Notes: generated by a model from the sequence alone, not told the origin. 64,000 bases of DNA from Octopus sinensis (GCF_006345805.1 NC_043009.1:54064001-54128000); one strand, 5' to 3'. Numbered from the stretch's first letter, positions 12,171-25,844 are shown. Translations and numbers: made by a program.

Positions 12171-12620
12171 TATTTTCTTTCCTATTCCTGCTTCCCTTTG
12201 TTTATCTTTCAGTTTCCTTCTACCAGGCTTTGATCGGCCTAGGGGTATGGTAGAAGAAACTCGCCACAGAGGGCACGCTGTGGGATTGAACCCAGTACCA
12301 TTTCGGTGGAAAACAAAGTTCTTACTACTCAGCCTTTCATTTGACATTTCTGTCACATGAGTGAAAGCAGTTCCTATGACTTTTTTAGCCCTTCTCCCGA
12401 CAAATAAAACTAAGAATAAACGATGCACCAACCGAACATTTGCAAGTGAAATTCTGAGGAAATACCTGGGATTCGAACATTTGAAACAAGATTAACAGCA
12501 CTAAAGGCTTCCAATGAATTCGGAAGATTTTGTGTTCGTGTATTTTTACGAGTGTGAGAATAAGCAAAAGTGAGAAAGGTAGAGAGAGAGAAAGTGCGTG
12601 TTTGCTTGTGTGTGTATGAG

Positions 12621-12710
12621 CGTGTGTGTGTGTATACACGTGTGTGTGTATACACGTGTGTGTGTATACACGTGTGTGTGTATACACGTGTGTGTGTATA
12701 CACGTGTGTG
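12621..12710. repeat. 16-bp minisatellite (cacgtgtgtgtgtata) x~5
   Basis: Directly visible within a TG-rich tract. Confidence 0.85.
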
Positions 12711-13241
12711 TGTGAGCGTGTGTATGTGTGTGTATGAGCGTGTGTATGTGTGTTAGTGAGAGTGCTTGCGCGCGTGTTTGTGTGGAGGGCAAAGAACCAT
12801 TAGCGTTATTATACTTGTGTATTCAATGCATTGTAAGTTCATGTATTCAGTAGACTGAAAGATGAGGAAAACGATGACAAGGATATTTAATATACAGCCA
12901 GGGATGATGGATGTGAGCAGTTGTATGAAATCATCTTGTTGTGAGAAACAAACCTTAACAATGTAAAGAGATAGACGTAAATCTCCGTAGGTTATTTACC
13001 TACTTAAAAACTGATGTTTCAGTGAACTTGATGATATATATTTGTGAGTTTCGCTATTAACAAAGCTTTATGAACCCGTGCTATAATAAATATCTTTAAA
13101 AAAATGCTTTAATAATACAGAATTATGAGACAACCGTAATTTAAAAACCACCTTTTTGACGTGTTGTGCGTTTTCTTATTGTGTGTGTGCGTGTGTTTAT
13201 GTGCGTGTGTGTGTGTTTGTTGTTAATACTTATAAACACAT

Positions 13242-13631
13242 ATGGAAGCACTCCGTCAGTTACGACGACGAGGGTTCCGGTTGATCCGAATCAACGGAAC
13301 AGCCTGCTCGTGAAATTAACGTGTAAGTGGCTGAGCACTCCACAAACACGTGTACCCTTAACGTAGTTCTTCTCGGGGATATTCAGCGTGACACAGAGAG
13401 CGACAAGCCCGGCCCTATGAAATACAGGTACAACAGAAACAGGAAGTAAGAGTGAGAGAAATTTGTGGTGAAAGAGTACAGCAGGGATCACCACCATCCC
13501 CTGCCGGAGCCTCGTGGAGCTTTAGGTGTTTTCGCTCAATAAACACTCACAACGCCCGGTCTGGGTATCGAAACCGCGATCCTATGACCGCGAGTCCGCT
13601 GCCCTGTCCACTGGGCTATTGCGCCTCCACG
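13242..13631 (-). mobile_element. Full-length tRNA-derived SINE family C
   Basis: Minus strand starts gtggaggcgcaatagcccagtggacagggcagcggactcgcggtcataggatcgcggtttcgatacccagacc (A and B boxes). Confidence 0.85.
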
Positions 13632-14106
13632 CTATAAACACATAAATACATGTGTGTACTGAGAGGACCGGAAATTATGTGGACCATGAAGAATAAATAA
13701 TTTTATTGTCTAAACTTATATATACAATTCAAGTTGTCCAAGCCTGCCGTTTTCATAGCCTCCGCTCTCCTACTCTTGTATTCATGAGCAAGCACACACA
13801 GGCCTTTTGTAATCTGCATTCAGGAAATACCCAACTCCAATGGTGGAGTACCATTTGACAGAAATACTAGAATAGTTGGTATTCACACTATTTACATTGC
13901 AGGCGCTCACACTACGAGGGGCCCGGATAAACCTGGGCACTCGAAATCTGTATACTTGAACAATCGAAGAAGATGGGCATTAGAGCACATTTATGTTTGT
14001 GAATATGAATACCTTCTCATGCTTCGATCATATACACCTTTCCGAAGTATTTAAAACAACACACACGCATACACACACACACACACCACACACACACACA
14101 CACACA

Positions 14107-14139
<33 letters not shown>

Positions 14140-14147
14140 AATAACAC

Positions 14148-14514
14148 CAGATGGATAATATGTCAATTCACTGCAGTTGTTTCCAAAGATTTTTTAATTA
14201 ATTAATGGAGTCATTAGATCATTAGAAAACACCGTTTTCATCAGGTGGGTACATGAACCACAATGTTTAAAAGTATTCAAAATCCAACGAGATATGCATC
14301 TTCATAATTCTCTGACCTTCTGATATTCACACCAAGAAGGGTCATAAAATCATGAAGATGCACATCCCGTTGGATTTTGAATGCTTTTAAACATTGTGGT
14401 TCGTGTACTCATTTGATGAAAATGTTTTTTTTCCATATGATGTAATGACTCCATCAATCAAATAAAAATTAGTTGGAAACAGCTGTAGTGAATTGACACT
14501 TTATCTATCCGCTG
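14148..14514. mobile_element. Foldback/MITE-like imperfect palindrome, ~175-bp arms, ~13-nt loop
   Basis: tgtcaattcactgcagttgtttcc...gaccttct mirrors agaagggtc...ggaaacagctgtagtgaattgaca. Confidence 0.8.
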
Positions 14515-14814
14515 TTATTTATTCATTTATTATTCACCTCTCTCGAAATCTGCTCCTTGTGTAAATCCGAAGTATACTATGTGCCGTACGTTTATTACAA
14601 TGTGCGTTTCTTGATTAGCCTCAGGGCTATTGATATACTCAATCGGATACTCTTAATCGTATACATAACCTGAATATCCTTCTGTTTGAATTTCGGTACC
14701 CGCGTATATATTCATCTATTTACCCTGTATATACATTAATTATTGACCCAACCCAGTGCCTTATCTTTTAACTGCTGATTAACTTGAATCCTGATCTATT
14801 ATAAATATAAACAC

Positions 14815-15034
14815 AAAGAGGTTCTGAAAAGTTCTTCACTGTCGGTAAAAGAAAATACAACAGAATCATTCAATTTATTATTTGTTCAACAGAATCCCCC
14901 TCTCAGATTCACACAATTATTGCAGCATTCCTTCAGTTTTTCTAAAGCCTGTAAAAGAACTTGGAAGGTTGGGCCTCCGACCAGGCCTTTTGCGATACCC
15001 TTAAAGCCAGGAACTTTTCAGTGCACCCTCCTAT
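14815..15034. mobile_element. Mariner-type MITE remnant
   Basis: Ends share ctgaaaagttc in inverted orientation; right end aaagccaggaacttttcagtgcaccctcc|ta resembles a mariner TIR. Confidence 0.5.
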
Positions 15035-15043
15035 ATACATGCA

Positions 15044-15095
<52 letters not shown>

Positions 15096-15209
15096 CCTGC
15101 TCGCTTAGCCAGCGGGGTGGCGTCATTCGAAGGCTAAAACAATGCGAACGCATTGTGACCAGCGATGTGTAGCAACATCTAATGGTCTGGTCGATCACGT
15201 GATCACGTG

Positions 15210-15243
<34 letters not shown>

Positions 15244-15269
15244 TTACATATATATATATGATGTATGTA

Positions 15270-15318
<49 letters not shown>

Positions 15319-16449
15319 GTTTCCACATATGTATATCTATCTAAGTATTTTCACTCATACCGAGAGGCGGAGAGAGAGAGAATTACAGAAAACGTTCTTC
15401 TCGTAATTCTCTTTCTGACAAATTGACGAAATTATTTAATTTTCTCTTACAGCTTTTTCTTCCGATTTTATGCGTCTTTAACTATTTAATATGCCACTCA
15501 AACAATTTTATTTTACCTGAAAACATGTAAGAAAATATTTCAGAATTATCTCATTATAGAATACAGATGTATCGTATTCAAGGAATGAAAACGAACATTT
15601 TCATTGCGTTAGTTCCTCCGCGTTTGAACGCATCCTTAAGCGTTTATTGGGAATCCATACACTTTAGCACTTGGTATTGATTATACACGTATATCGGTGT
15701 AAGTAGGGTGAATGCCAATCCGGAAATTGAAAGTCATACTAAAGGCAGATTGTTGGAACTTTATTGAAACTTAAAAATATTAACATTCCTCTGCCTATTG
15801 GACTAAAGTTACTTTTCTTGTCATCATTGTTGTTGTTACAGCTGTTGAACTATATTGCTCTGGAATATTCTAAAGTTGTGTGTCAGATCAAATCGGCGTA
15901 AACTTGCATACCCAGTCGCCGACATTCATTTGGGTTTCATGTGTGTGTTGCTTATTGTTTTATTTCTGAACCGGAGGAAGGGCGGCGACCTTGTTCGTTT
16001 CCTGGTATTTCCTGACTTTATAGGAAAGAGAGGTAATTAACTACAGACTGATCTTCTGAATGCTAGCAATACAGTGGACACCTTTGAGGACCTTCAAGTA
16101 TTATTTAGAGAGGTGTCACATTGAGGTGACACATTGAGCAAGAACAGGAAATTAGTTCCACCCACTTTCTGTCTACAAAATTTCACAGAAAAGATTTAGT
16201 CAAGTTGTGGCTATAGTATGGCAGACGAGACACTAGCTTAAGGCACTGCTCATTGATGTCGAACCCGGAACCAGAAGTTATGAATCTAATTTTGTTAGCT
16301 AGATATATTTTTCACCAGTAATCTTGTGAAATTCGTATTAAAATACAATAATACATGACAACGACAAAAGGCATTGTGAAAGAACAAATTCATTAATGTC
16401 CTTGCTAACAATCATTGTACCAGTTACGCACTGGGGTCGATATAATTTA

Positions 16450-16684
16450 CTTATTTCTTTACTGCCCACAAGGGGCTAAATACAGAGAGGACAAACAACG
16501 ACAGAACAAACGGATTAAGTCGATTATATCGACCCAGTGCGTAACTGGTACTTAATTTATCAACCCCGAAAGGATGAAAGGCAAAGTTTACCTCGGCGGA
16601 ATTTGAACTCAGAACGAAACGGCAGACGAAATATGGCTACGTATTTCGCCCGGCGTGCTAACGTTTCTGCCAGCTCGCCGCCTT
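16450..16684 (-). mobile_element. SINE family A
   Basis: Near-consensus copy ending ttctgccagctcgccgcctt; an inverted 37-bp internal piece lies at 16417-16453. Confidence 0.9.
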
Positions 16685-17060
16685 GCAAAAGCAATAATTT
16701 ACTGTTGCAAGCAGCTATTGATGTTCATGGTAGTGGTGGTATTGACGTTATTAATGATGTTTAGCCCCAGACCAACCTTCATCCAGATGATGTATGATTA
16801 AGTATATTCTTGTAGTGATACTTTTGTCATTTTGTATATCAAGGACAATATTTCCTAACATGTATTTTCATCGTTTTTGAGGAAAACCTTACTTCTATTT
16901 CTGCAGGTCGATCCATAATATAGACTTCTCTTCGTCGGATGGCCAATAGTAGAGTGATTTGACGGACTGTGCTCAATTCCTCCTGATCTACCTATACTTT
17001 CGTCGTCGTCTTTATTGTTGTTGTTGTTTTTGTTATTTATCTCTTGTGTCTATTTATGCT

Positions 17061-17325
17061 TCTTATTTCTTTATTGCCCACAAGGGGCTAAACACAGAGA
17101 GGACAAACAAGGACAGACAAACGGATTAAGTCGATTATATCGACCCCAGTGCGTAACTGGTACTTATTTAATCGACCCCGAAAGGATGAAAGGCAAAGTC
17201 GACCTCGGCGGAATTTGAACTCAGAACGTAGCGGCAGACGAAATACCACTAAGCATTTCGCCCGGCGTGCTAACGATTCTGCCAGCTCGCCGCCTTAGCC
17301 AGCTCGCCGCCTTGACCAGCTCTCT
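17061..17325 (-). mobile_element. SINE family A, full-length, 5' end repeated 2-3 times
   Basis: Near-consensus; gccagctcgccgcctta/gccagctcgccgccttg/accagctc at 17281-17321. Confidence 0.9.
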
Positions 17326-17980
17326 AAAACTCTTATCGTTTCCTTCCCCATCTGAGACGGCTTGGGCTCTTTTGAGGCACTTATGCTACTATTTCTTGCG
17401 GGTAGAGCAATCATGTAATGCCTTCTTTTCAAGAAGTGTTAGGGAACACACACATACACACAAACTACCGCCTCTTGTTTAAAAATAAATTATCGAATTC
17501 CACAAAGTAATTACTACACATCAAGTCATTTCATTGTCTTTATTGGAGGGTTTTTGTCTTTGTTAGTCTCTGTTAGACAAAAGGTTATATTCGGAACATC
17601 ACTAGTTTCTTTTAGCTCTAGATTACGTCAACTTAACCAGACTTGCGGATTTCACTTAATTATTTGCTTTGTCGACGCAGAGCAAGACTAATTCCCTCTG
17701 AATTTGCTATTTTTATTCATAAACAATGTTAATCTGTCATTAGCTTCCTCTGTCTAGTATCTGAATTAATTTATAGGAATTATATTTCTATCCAAGGCTT
17801 CTAGATTCTGTGAAATAGGTACCTGAAATATATGGTGAATCTGAATCTTTGGACTATAACGTCCTTTATAGAAATATATACCGTATGTGCTGAAGTATAT
17901 TAGACACTTGCTAATCTCAGAAACACATATTCAGGGAAAATGCTTTAGAGCTTTAAGCCATGTAATACAGATCCACCGTA

Positions 17981-18185
17981 AAGGTGGCGAACTGGTAGCA
18001 TCGTTAGTAAGCCGATCAAAATGCTTAGCGGCATTTAGTCTGTCTTTACGTTCTCATTTCAAATTCCGCCGAAATCGACTTTGCCTTTCTGTGTTGATGA
18101 AATAAGTACAAGATAAGCACTGGGGTTCATGTAATCAACTCCCCGCTCCCTGAACTTGCTAACCTTGTTCCAAAATTTGAAACCA
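17981..18185 (+). mobile_element. SINE family A, diverged
   Basis: aaggtggcgaactggtagca..ttcaaattccgccgaaatcgactttgcc. Confidence 0.8.
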
Positions 18186-20454
18186 ATACAGACCCATCTA
18201 GCTTTGCATGCAGCACTGGAGGGGATTTGTGGGGGGCATCTTTTTGTTTTTGTTTCTTTTTTATTTTGAAAATATTGTCATATAACAACAAGTTCTGTAC
18301 CAATATTTAACAATCTTATATGACAGCTATACAGTAATATAACATATATTATATATTATGTTCGCCATATTCCGGCCATAATTTCTGCGCAGTAATGACA
18401 GTTTAGTGAATTTGGGTGTTAAACATGTTGTATTACCATAGTGAAATTACAGCGTCTGTGCCACTACCCGCGACTTTGATTCTTCTTATCTCCGACAGAT
18501 ATCTTATTGATTAGGGAACATACATAGATGTGGACATTTAATTTAGCAGACGAACACGTGATTATATGTACGGCCTAACAACCCATTTAGCATGTCTATA
18601 TATACAATTCCGTCATTTATTTTACAGTAACACTCAACATTTGGCCATTTTCCAACCAGTATGTTGTTTTATGTTTTCTATGACTTCCCGATCGTATAAT
18701 AGGGACGAATTTTATACAATAAGACAATAATATTGTCAGATTTTGTGTCGTTAAATGGTCGTAGTGTCGTGAAGAATCACATCAAACCACTTATAAATCA
18801 GCGAACAAGTGACAGCTGCCATATTAGATTTCGCCAATGATATCAATCCAAATAGAAGAAAGCAAATAGCAACGAATGATTGATGGTAATTGTGTTAGAA
18901 AGTAGCATCTACAACTAGATACGGAATGCTCGAGTGAATACGTTGTAGATCAATTCCCCTCCTGGGACATCATCATGATTTCAAAACCACTACTTGTATT
19001 ACATTTTCTTTTAAAATATTTTTACAGTCAATTTCTTTGGGTCTTTCACCGAAATCGGGTATCAAATCTTTGAGAAAGTCAATAAGATTTCACACCTATT
19101 GATACCACATCTATGATCAAATCAGATCAAGTAACTCAATTTTGTTTGCAGCAAATAAATCAATATACGTTACTAATTTATTACCCACTTTTTCTTGTCT
19201 ATTTACTCTTTAGATTTATGTTGGCAAAAGTAAGTTGTAAGCTACAAGCTGTAAGCTGCTTATCTAGTTAGATCTTACTTGTACCAAGCTAATTGGGAGA
19301 ATATAATTTCTATGAAAGCTGTCATTATTTTGTTGAAATTTAAGGGCATAATAGTTAGTACGTGGGAAAAGAAGGTGTTACAGTATTTCTTCTGGCTTTT
19401 TCCCGTTTTAAGTTCAAATCCTGCTGCCATCAGCTTTGTATTTCTCTCTTTCAGGCTTAATAAAATAAAGCATTCCAGATAAACTATTTCCATCACCCAA
19501 ATTTCAGGCTTTCTCTCTGTGGTGCAAGTAATTAGAGGTTAATGGATTGCCAGAATCAGTAGAATACCTGGTGGTAGTTTAGTACTTTACGTTCCGACTT
19601 TGCATCCTGCCGAAGTCATCTTTACCTCTCTTCATTTTGCAGTCGATAAAATTAAGTACGAATCAAGTTGTAGGGTCGAAATTAACGTCTGACCCACACG
19701 CCACAAAAGGCTACATTTGTCCCTAAATTACCTGTATTTATTATTATTATTACTCAATTTACCGCACCCACTCCCCAAAAAATTGCTGGCCATGTGCAGA
19801 AATCGGTAACTATATTTGTTTTATAATTTAGCACAATGTCAGCAATTTCGGGGCACGTTCGGGACAAGTGGTACTTATTTTATCAACCCCTAATGAATGA
19901 AAAGCAGAGTCGACCTCGGCATCATTTGAACTCAGTATATAAATACGGACGATATACCACTAAGCATTTTGAACGACATGCTGACGACTCTATCAAACCT
20001 CTGCCTTCAAATTGGAAACTATCACATTAAATGATGTACACAAAATTAAGTAACGTATTTGGCATGTAAAAAAAGGGGCTTGCTTTCGATTCACAACTGA
20101 CGGGAGATAATTCCCCTTTACAAGTCAGGTGACCTTCGATAAAATATTTTCACGAACGTTACAAAATTTTAAAGATGCTATTCTGTAAATTTGACGACTT
20201 TTTGTGACGAGACAACTAATCAATATTATTTATAAAACACTTTCCAATCGTTGTGGACAGGAAATTGCATTTAGTTTTCCTCAAAATTTCTAATGAATTC
20301 ACACGCCAATCAATGTTGCTAAGGCAGACTCTGTTTTTATGACAAATTGATTGCTTTCGGTCGAACAGTTCCGAAATGAAATGGTAATTAAAACTGGGAA
20401 TTTTAGCGAACTGCCTGTATGTAGATTTGTTCGATGTAGACACGCAAATGATGC

Positions 20455-20474
20455 TAGTAGTAGTAGTGGTGGTG

Positions 20475-20517
<43 letters not shown>

Positions 20518-20608
20518 CGGTAGCGGTAGTGGTGGCGATAGTAGTAGTAGTATAGTAGTAGTAGTAGTAGTAGTAGTGGTGGCGGTGGTGGTGGTGGTAG
20601 TAGTAGTT

Positions 20609-20657
<49 letters not shown>

Positions 20658-20818
20658 TGGTGGTGGTAGTGGTAGTAGTATTACTAGTAGTAGTAGTAGT
20701 AGTAGTGTTGTTGTTGTTGTTGGTGGTGGTGGTAGTTGTAGTGGTAGTAGTAGTAGTAGTAGTGTTGTTGTTGTTGGTGGTGGTGGTGGTTGTAGTCGTA
20801 GTAGCAGTAGTGGTGGCG

Positions 20819-20886
<68 letters not shown>
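20455..20886. repeat. Compound (GTA)/(GTG)/(GTT)n microsatellite
   Basis: Directly visible; source of poly-V/poly-T ORFs. Confidence 0.95.
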
Positions 20887-20888
<2 letters not shown>

Positions 20889-21189
20889 ATATCACTGCTG
20901 ATGTCAAATATGATGATGGTAATCAAGATGATGATCATGATGCATTGCTGCTGATGTGTTAGTTGATGTTTTAGCAATTATGTCTTCTGATTGGACCCGA
21001 GAGTATTACTTTATTGTTTTGTTATGTTTTTGTTTTTTCTATTTTGTAAGAACGGAAATATTTCCATTTAATTGAAGTGGAACGATATGAAAAATCAAGA
21101 CCGGATCCGTGAACATTTCATCTTAATCACTGAAGTAACGACATCATATACTGTTAGAATATTAAGTCTACCGAAAATATTGTTTTCTA

Positions 21190-21664
21190 TTATTATAGGT
21201 CGAAGGCGTGAAATTTGAGGGTAAGGGATCTAGTCGGTTTCAAATTTTGGCACAAGGCCAGCAAGTTTGGTGATGTGGTTAGTCGATTCCAAACCGCCTC
21301 AGTGCTCAATTCACAATTATTTCTTCAACCCTAATGGACAAAATATAAAAGTCGACGACGGCGAAATTCGAACTCAAAACGTAAAAACGGACGAAATGCC
21401 GTTAAACATTTCGCGCGGTGCGCTAACACTTTTACCAGCTTGCCTCCTTAAATCTACAGATAACATTGATTTCAAGTTTTAGCACAAGGACAGCAATTTC
21501 GGGGTGTGGGACAAGGTGATTACATCGCCCCCAGCACTCAATTGCTACTTATTTTATAAGCAAAGTCGACCTCAGCGGAATTTGAACTCAGAACGTGAAG
21601 ACGAACTAAATGCAGCTGTGCATTTTGCCCGGCGTGTTAACGATTCTGCCAGCTCGCCGCCTTA
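21190..21664 (-). mobile_element. Two tandem SINE family A copies
   Basis: Core aaagtcgac..ggcg.aatt.gaactca at ~21350 and ~21565; the second ends ctgccagctcgccgcctt. Confidence 0.8.
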
Positions 21665-22450
21665 AGTCTGCAGACGGTATTGGTTGTGTAAAAACTAGTT
21701 TCACTAATGATTAATCAACGAATTATATCAAAGATATCAGGACAAAATTAGCTGAAATGTCAAATCTGACGATCTTTTGCAATGCGTAATACAACGAATC
21801 GCTTTAGCAATCTCTCGCTGCAATGATTTTCATATTCATGTGCTAAGGGATTGCTGACGCTCACACCTGCAATGAATGTAAGTTAAAAAGAAACTATATA
21901 CATGTATATAGATGCAGACATTGCTCTCCTGATTAAGAAATCTGCTTTCAAGCCACGTAGTTTCTGGTGTGATCTCACTGCGTGCCATCTTAGGCAAGTA
22001 ACTTCTACTTTAGCACCGAGCTGGTCGATGCTCTGTGAGCGAATTTGGTAGACGAAAACTCTCTTGGAAGTTTTCAGCATATGTGTATGAATATGTGTGT
22101 GCGTGTGTACATATATGGATAGACAGACAGACAGACAAATAGATAGATATGCTTCCATGTTTGTATATGTATATGTATATCGTTGTGTTTTCACTCCATC
22201 TGCTTCACAGCCAATTTTCTCCCTTTAACCTAGCGGGTAGACAAAAGCGAGGGGCAAAGTAAGTCCCAGACTTTAAAAAAAAATATGTACAAGCGCCGAT
22301 TTCTTCCTTCGACAAAATTCATCAAGGTGGTATCACAATATGACCGCAGTCTATGATTTGAAACGAATAAAATATAAACGACGTGTGTGTGAAATGTCAA
22401 ACCAGAGTTATTAGTGGGGGATTATCAATCCGGGAAAAACATTTTATCAG

Positions 22451-22677
22451 CTCTTTACTCTTACTCTTTTACTTGTTTCAGTCATTTGACTGCGGCCATG
22501 CTGGAGCACCGCCTTTAGTCGAGCAACTCGACCCGGGACTTATTCTTTGTAAGCCCAGTACTTATTCTATCGGTCTATTTTGCCGAACTGCTAAGTGACG
22601 GGGACGTAAACACACCAGCATCGGTTGCCAAGCAACTCTAGGGGGACAAACACAGACACACAAACACACACACACAC

Positions 22678-22719
<42 letters not shown>

Positions 22720-22885
22720 TACGACAGGCTTCTTTCAGTTTCCGTCTACCAAATCCACTCACAAGGCATTGGTCAGCCCGGGGCTATAGCAGAAGACACT
22801 AGCCCAAGATGCCACGCAGTGGGACGGAACCCGGAAACATGTGGTTGGTTAGCAAGCTACTTACCGCACAGCCACTCCTGCGCCT
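22451..22885 (-). mobile_element. tRNA-derived SINE family B, full-length, internal CA/TA microsatellite
   Basis: Minus start aggcgcaggagtggctgtgcggtaagtagcttgct..ttccgggttccgtcccactgc; (agagtaa)n tail. Confidence 0.9.
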
Positions 22886-23041
22886 CTTCAACAATATTTC
22901 TTTTTAAATTAGTAAACAACTCCGCATATTTCCATGGCAATGTCCGAGGTTAACGTTCTGTATTATAAATCTGTGTTTGTGCTTCAGTTATACTGGTTTT
23001 TACACAATGAAATAAAAATATGTATATACGTGTATACATCC

Positions 23042-23434
23042 ACTAGCAGTATCCCTCGGCGTTGCTCGGGTTTGTAAGGGAAATAACTATATAAGCATTT
23101 TTAGAGATGCAAAGTATAATAGCCATCTCAATATGGCTAACTACAAGAGGGGGTGTTACTGTAGCTTTTTACGTTCTGAGATTTAATAATACATTTTTAG
23201 AGCGTTACTTCCCTTATATAATAGCAAAGAAAATGCATTAAAAATGGGAAAAAATGAAGGTAATTTAAATCGTAGACTCATCGTAGACTCGCGCTAATAC
23301 CCAGAAGGGGATTCGATATGAATCACGACTATAAGATACCCACTTTCGGTTACACTGCACCGCAAAATGTGGGAGTAGTTAGGAATCTAAATCGTAGGAG
23401 ACAGACACACAACTTCACTTTTATATATAAAGAT
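23042..23434 (+). mobile_element. Non-autonomous Helitron/Helentron-like element, copy 2
   Basis: Same ~65-bp 5' end and tttatata..agat 3' end as 2573-2955, with a different interior. Confidence 0.55.
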
Positions 23435-24632
23435 ATATAACTGTATTATTTTCACGCTTTAGGTACAATGCCAACGATTTTGAGGGGATGGAGAATGCTC
23501 ATTTTTAACAACCTGGGTACCTAATCTGGTACTTCATTCTATCGACCCTCAAATGATAGAAATACATTTTATCTCGACTTGATTTGAAATCAGAACGTTG
23601 AGAGCTTCACTTAATATGTGAAAGCATTTTGACCGACGTTGTGACGTTTGTGCAAATCCACCGCGCAATGCGTATCAAAATTGGTTTAGTAAACACGTAT
23701 TGGTTTATTCTTGCTTTAACTTTATTAACGCAAACTCAACTTGGATTGTCTTAGTGATTCACTAATCAACTTGTCGCGCAGAAGGAAGAAAAAAACAACA
23801 TTGCTATATCCCTTATAATTTATGGATAACAAAATTTACAGTTTATCATAATATTTTCTATATTTATGGAAACAGATGTTCCGTATCACATAGACAAATA
23901 CAAAACAACTGCACGAAATTTTCATATACTTGCATATATTTTCACATACTTGCATATATTAACTTATGATCGCATATATTTGCATATAAATGCAAATATT
24001 TGCATATGCTAATCAGATAACGTTAATAATATTCTTCCCTTCAGACCTACTTGCACTGATAATGTTATCTATACTCAGATACATTCCTTCGCCATTTTCT
24101 GTGTTCACATTAACATTCTGTAACATATTTTTGTTTCACTGTAGGAATCTATTGAAATTATACACAAAGCATCAGCCAGGAATTCTTATTTGTTTCGCTT
24201 ATACCAATGATTTGATTTTTTTTATTTATTTGTAATTTGTTTATACTAAAACTGGATTCTATAGAAAAGGAAAGCAATCAAACACACACACACACACACA
24301 TGTGTATATATATATCTATAAGAATATTACAACTAAATATATATATAGATATATATAAACAATTTAATAAATAAAACATATGCATACATACATACATATA
24401 TGTACATACCTACATCTATATGTATACATACATGCATATATGAGTACAGGACACCACGAATAAACGTAGAACACAACGAGAAACGAAAACATAAAACCAA
24501 ACAAGGAAACGACGCATATACATGTACACACGCATTGTTGACGGAATAAAATGTATATATATATATATACATATATATAATATATATAATATATATAATA
24601 TATATATATATATATATGTGTGTATATATATT

Positions 24633-24870
24633 ATACTAAGCAATAAGGGTTTAGCAACGAATTGCCTTACCACATACCGAATTAGAAATAGCAGTCAAAG
24701 GGTTATAGCTATTTCTTCTACTAAAAAGGGAGATCTCAGTAAAAACAGCAATTGCTGTTTTTACTGAGATCTCCCTTTTTAGTAGAAGAAATAGCTATAA
24801 CTCTTTGACTGCTATTCTAAATTCGTATGTGGTAAGGCAATTCGTTGCTAAACCCTTTATTGCTTAGTAT
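24633..24870. repeat. Spacerless 238-bp near-perfect palindrome
   Basis: Dyad at aaaaacagcaa|ttgctgttttt (24751/24752); arms differ by one substitution and a few homopolymer-length changes. Confidence 0.95.
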
Positions 24871-25048
24871 TACTTAAATTTTCCTCGAATGAGGCTTTTA
24901 CATGCCGAAGACTACTTGGTGTAATTGATAATTATTCCAAATAATTAATTTCACCCTTCATTTTACGGATATATATATATATATATATATTATATATAAT
25001 ATATATATATAATATATATATATAATATATATATAGATATTATATATA

Positions 25049-25083
<35 letters not shown>

Positions 25084-25807
25084 ATATATATATTTGTATT
25101 CATATATATATATATATGCATACATACATATACATATATATACATGTGTGTGTATGTGTATATTCATATTTATATATAGGTATATAATCTCTCATGTACC
25201 GGCATACACTCACATATATAGCATATATTTGTATGCATGAATAAGACCATGTGAGTGTACGTGCGCGCATGTGAGAGACAGAGTGTGTGTAGCTAAATAC
25301 ATAGCTATATATCCGTCACTCGCAAGCGAGTATGACTTTCTAGTTTATGCCACTCTTTCGATTCTTGTTTTAGGTAGCTGTATTGTTCCATCAGACATAG
25401 AAATACTCTTGTCACAGAGGAACGGCCACTCGTCATTTATTTTATCGACAAGGAAAAGTTGTTATTTAGGAGAATTTAAAATCAGAGCACAGAGGGCCAG
25501 AACGATTATTACAAAAAACACACAGACACACACACACAAACATTCATAGGAACACAAAATTACACTGTTATATACGTGTGTGGGTGTAAGAGTACACACA
25601 TGTGTGGGTGTGGGTTTATATATGTTAATTGAAAAGCACTATTGCAAGTGTGTGTGTGTAGTGCATATAATATATATTATATATTATATATTGTGTGTGT
25701 GTGTACAAACTACATATAATGATAATATAATAGATATATATATAATATATGTGTGTGTGTGTACAAACATACATATATATTGATATATATATATATATAA
25801 TATATAT

Positions 25808-25844
<37 letters not shown>

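Noticed and set aside
13788-14051. ~87-codon open frame with two AG acceptors (EIPNSNGGVPFDRNTRIVG...)
   Set aside because: No usable start codon, no recognisable homology, weak donors.
2967-18655. Phase-compatible plus-strand exon chain 2967-3033, 6152-6207, 8298-8478, 18625-18655 giving GIHTPSDCRGIGLSKVPENIRLRIIQTVYERGKYSFKLSTSSIFKVIIDSDREAGRK...
   Set aside because: The first three acceptors lack pyrimidine tracts (one is GAG), the peptide matches nothing I recognise, and such chains are easy to build by chance. RNA-seq would settle it.
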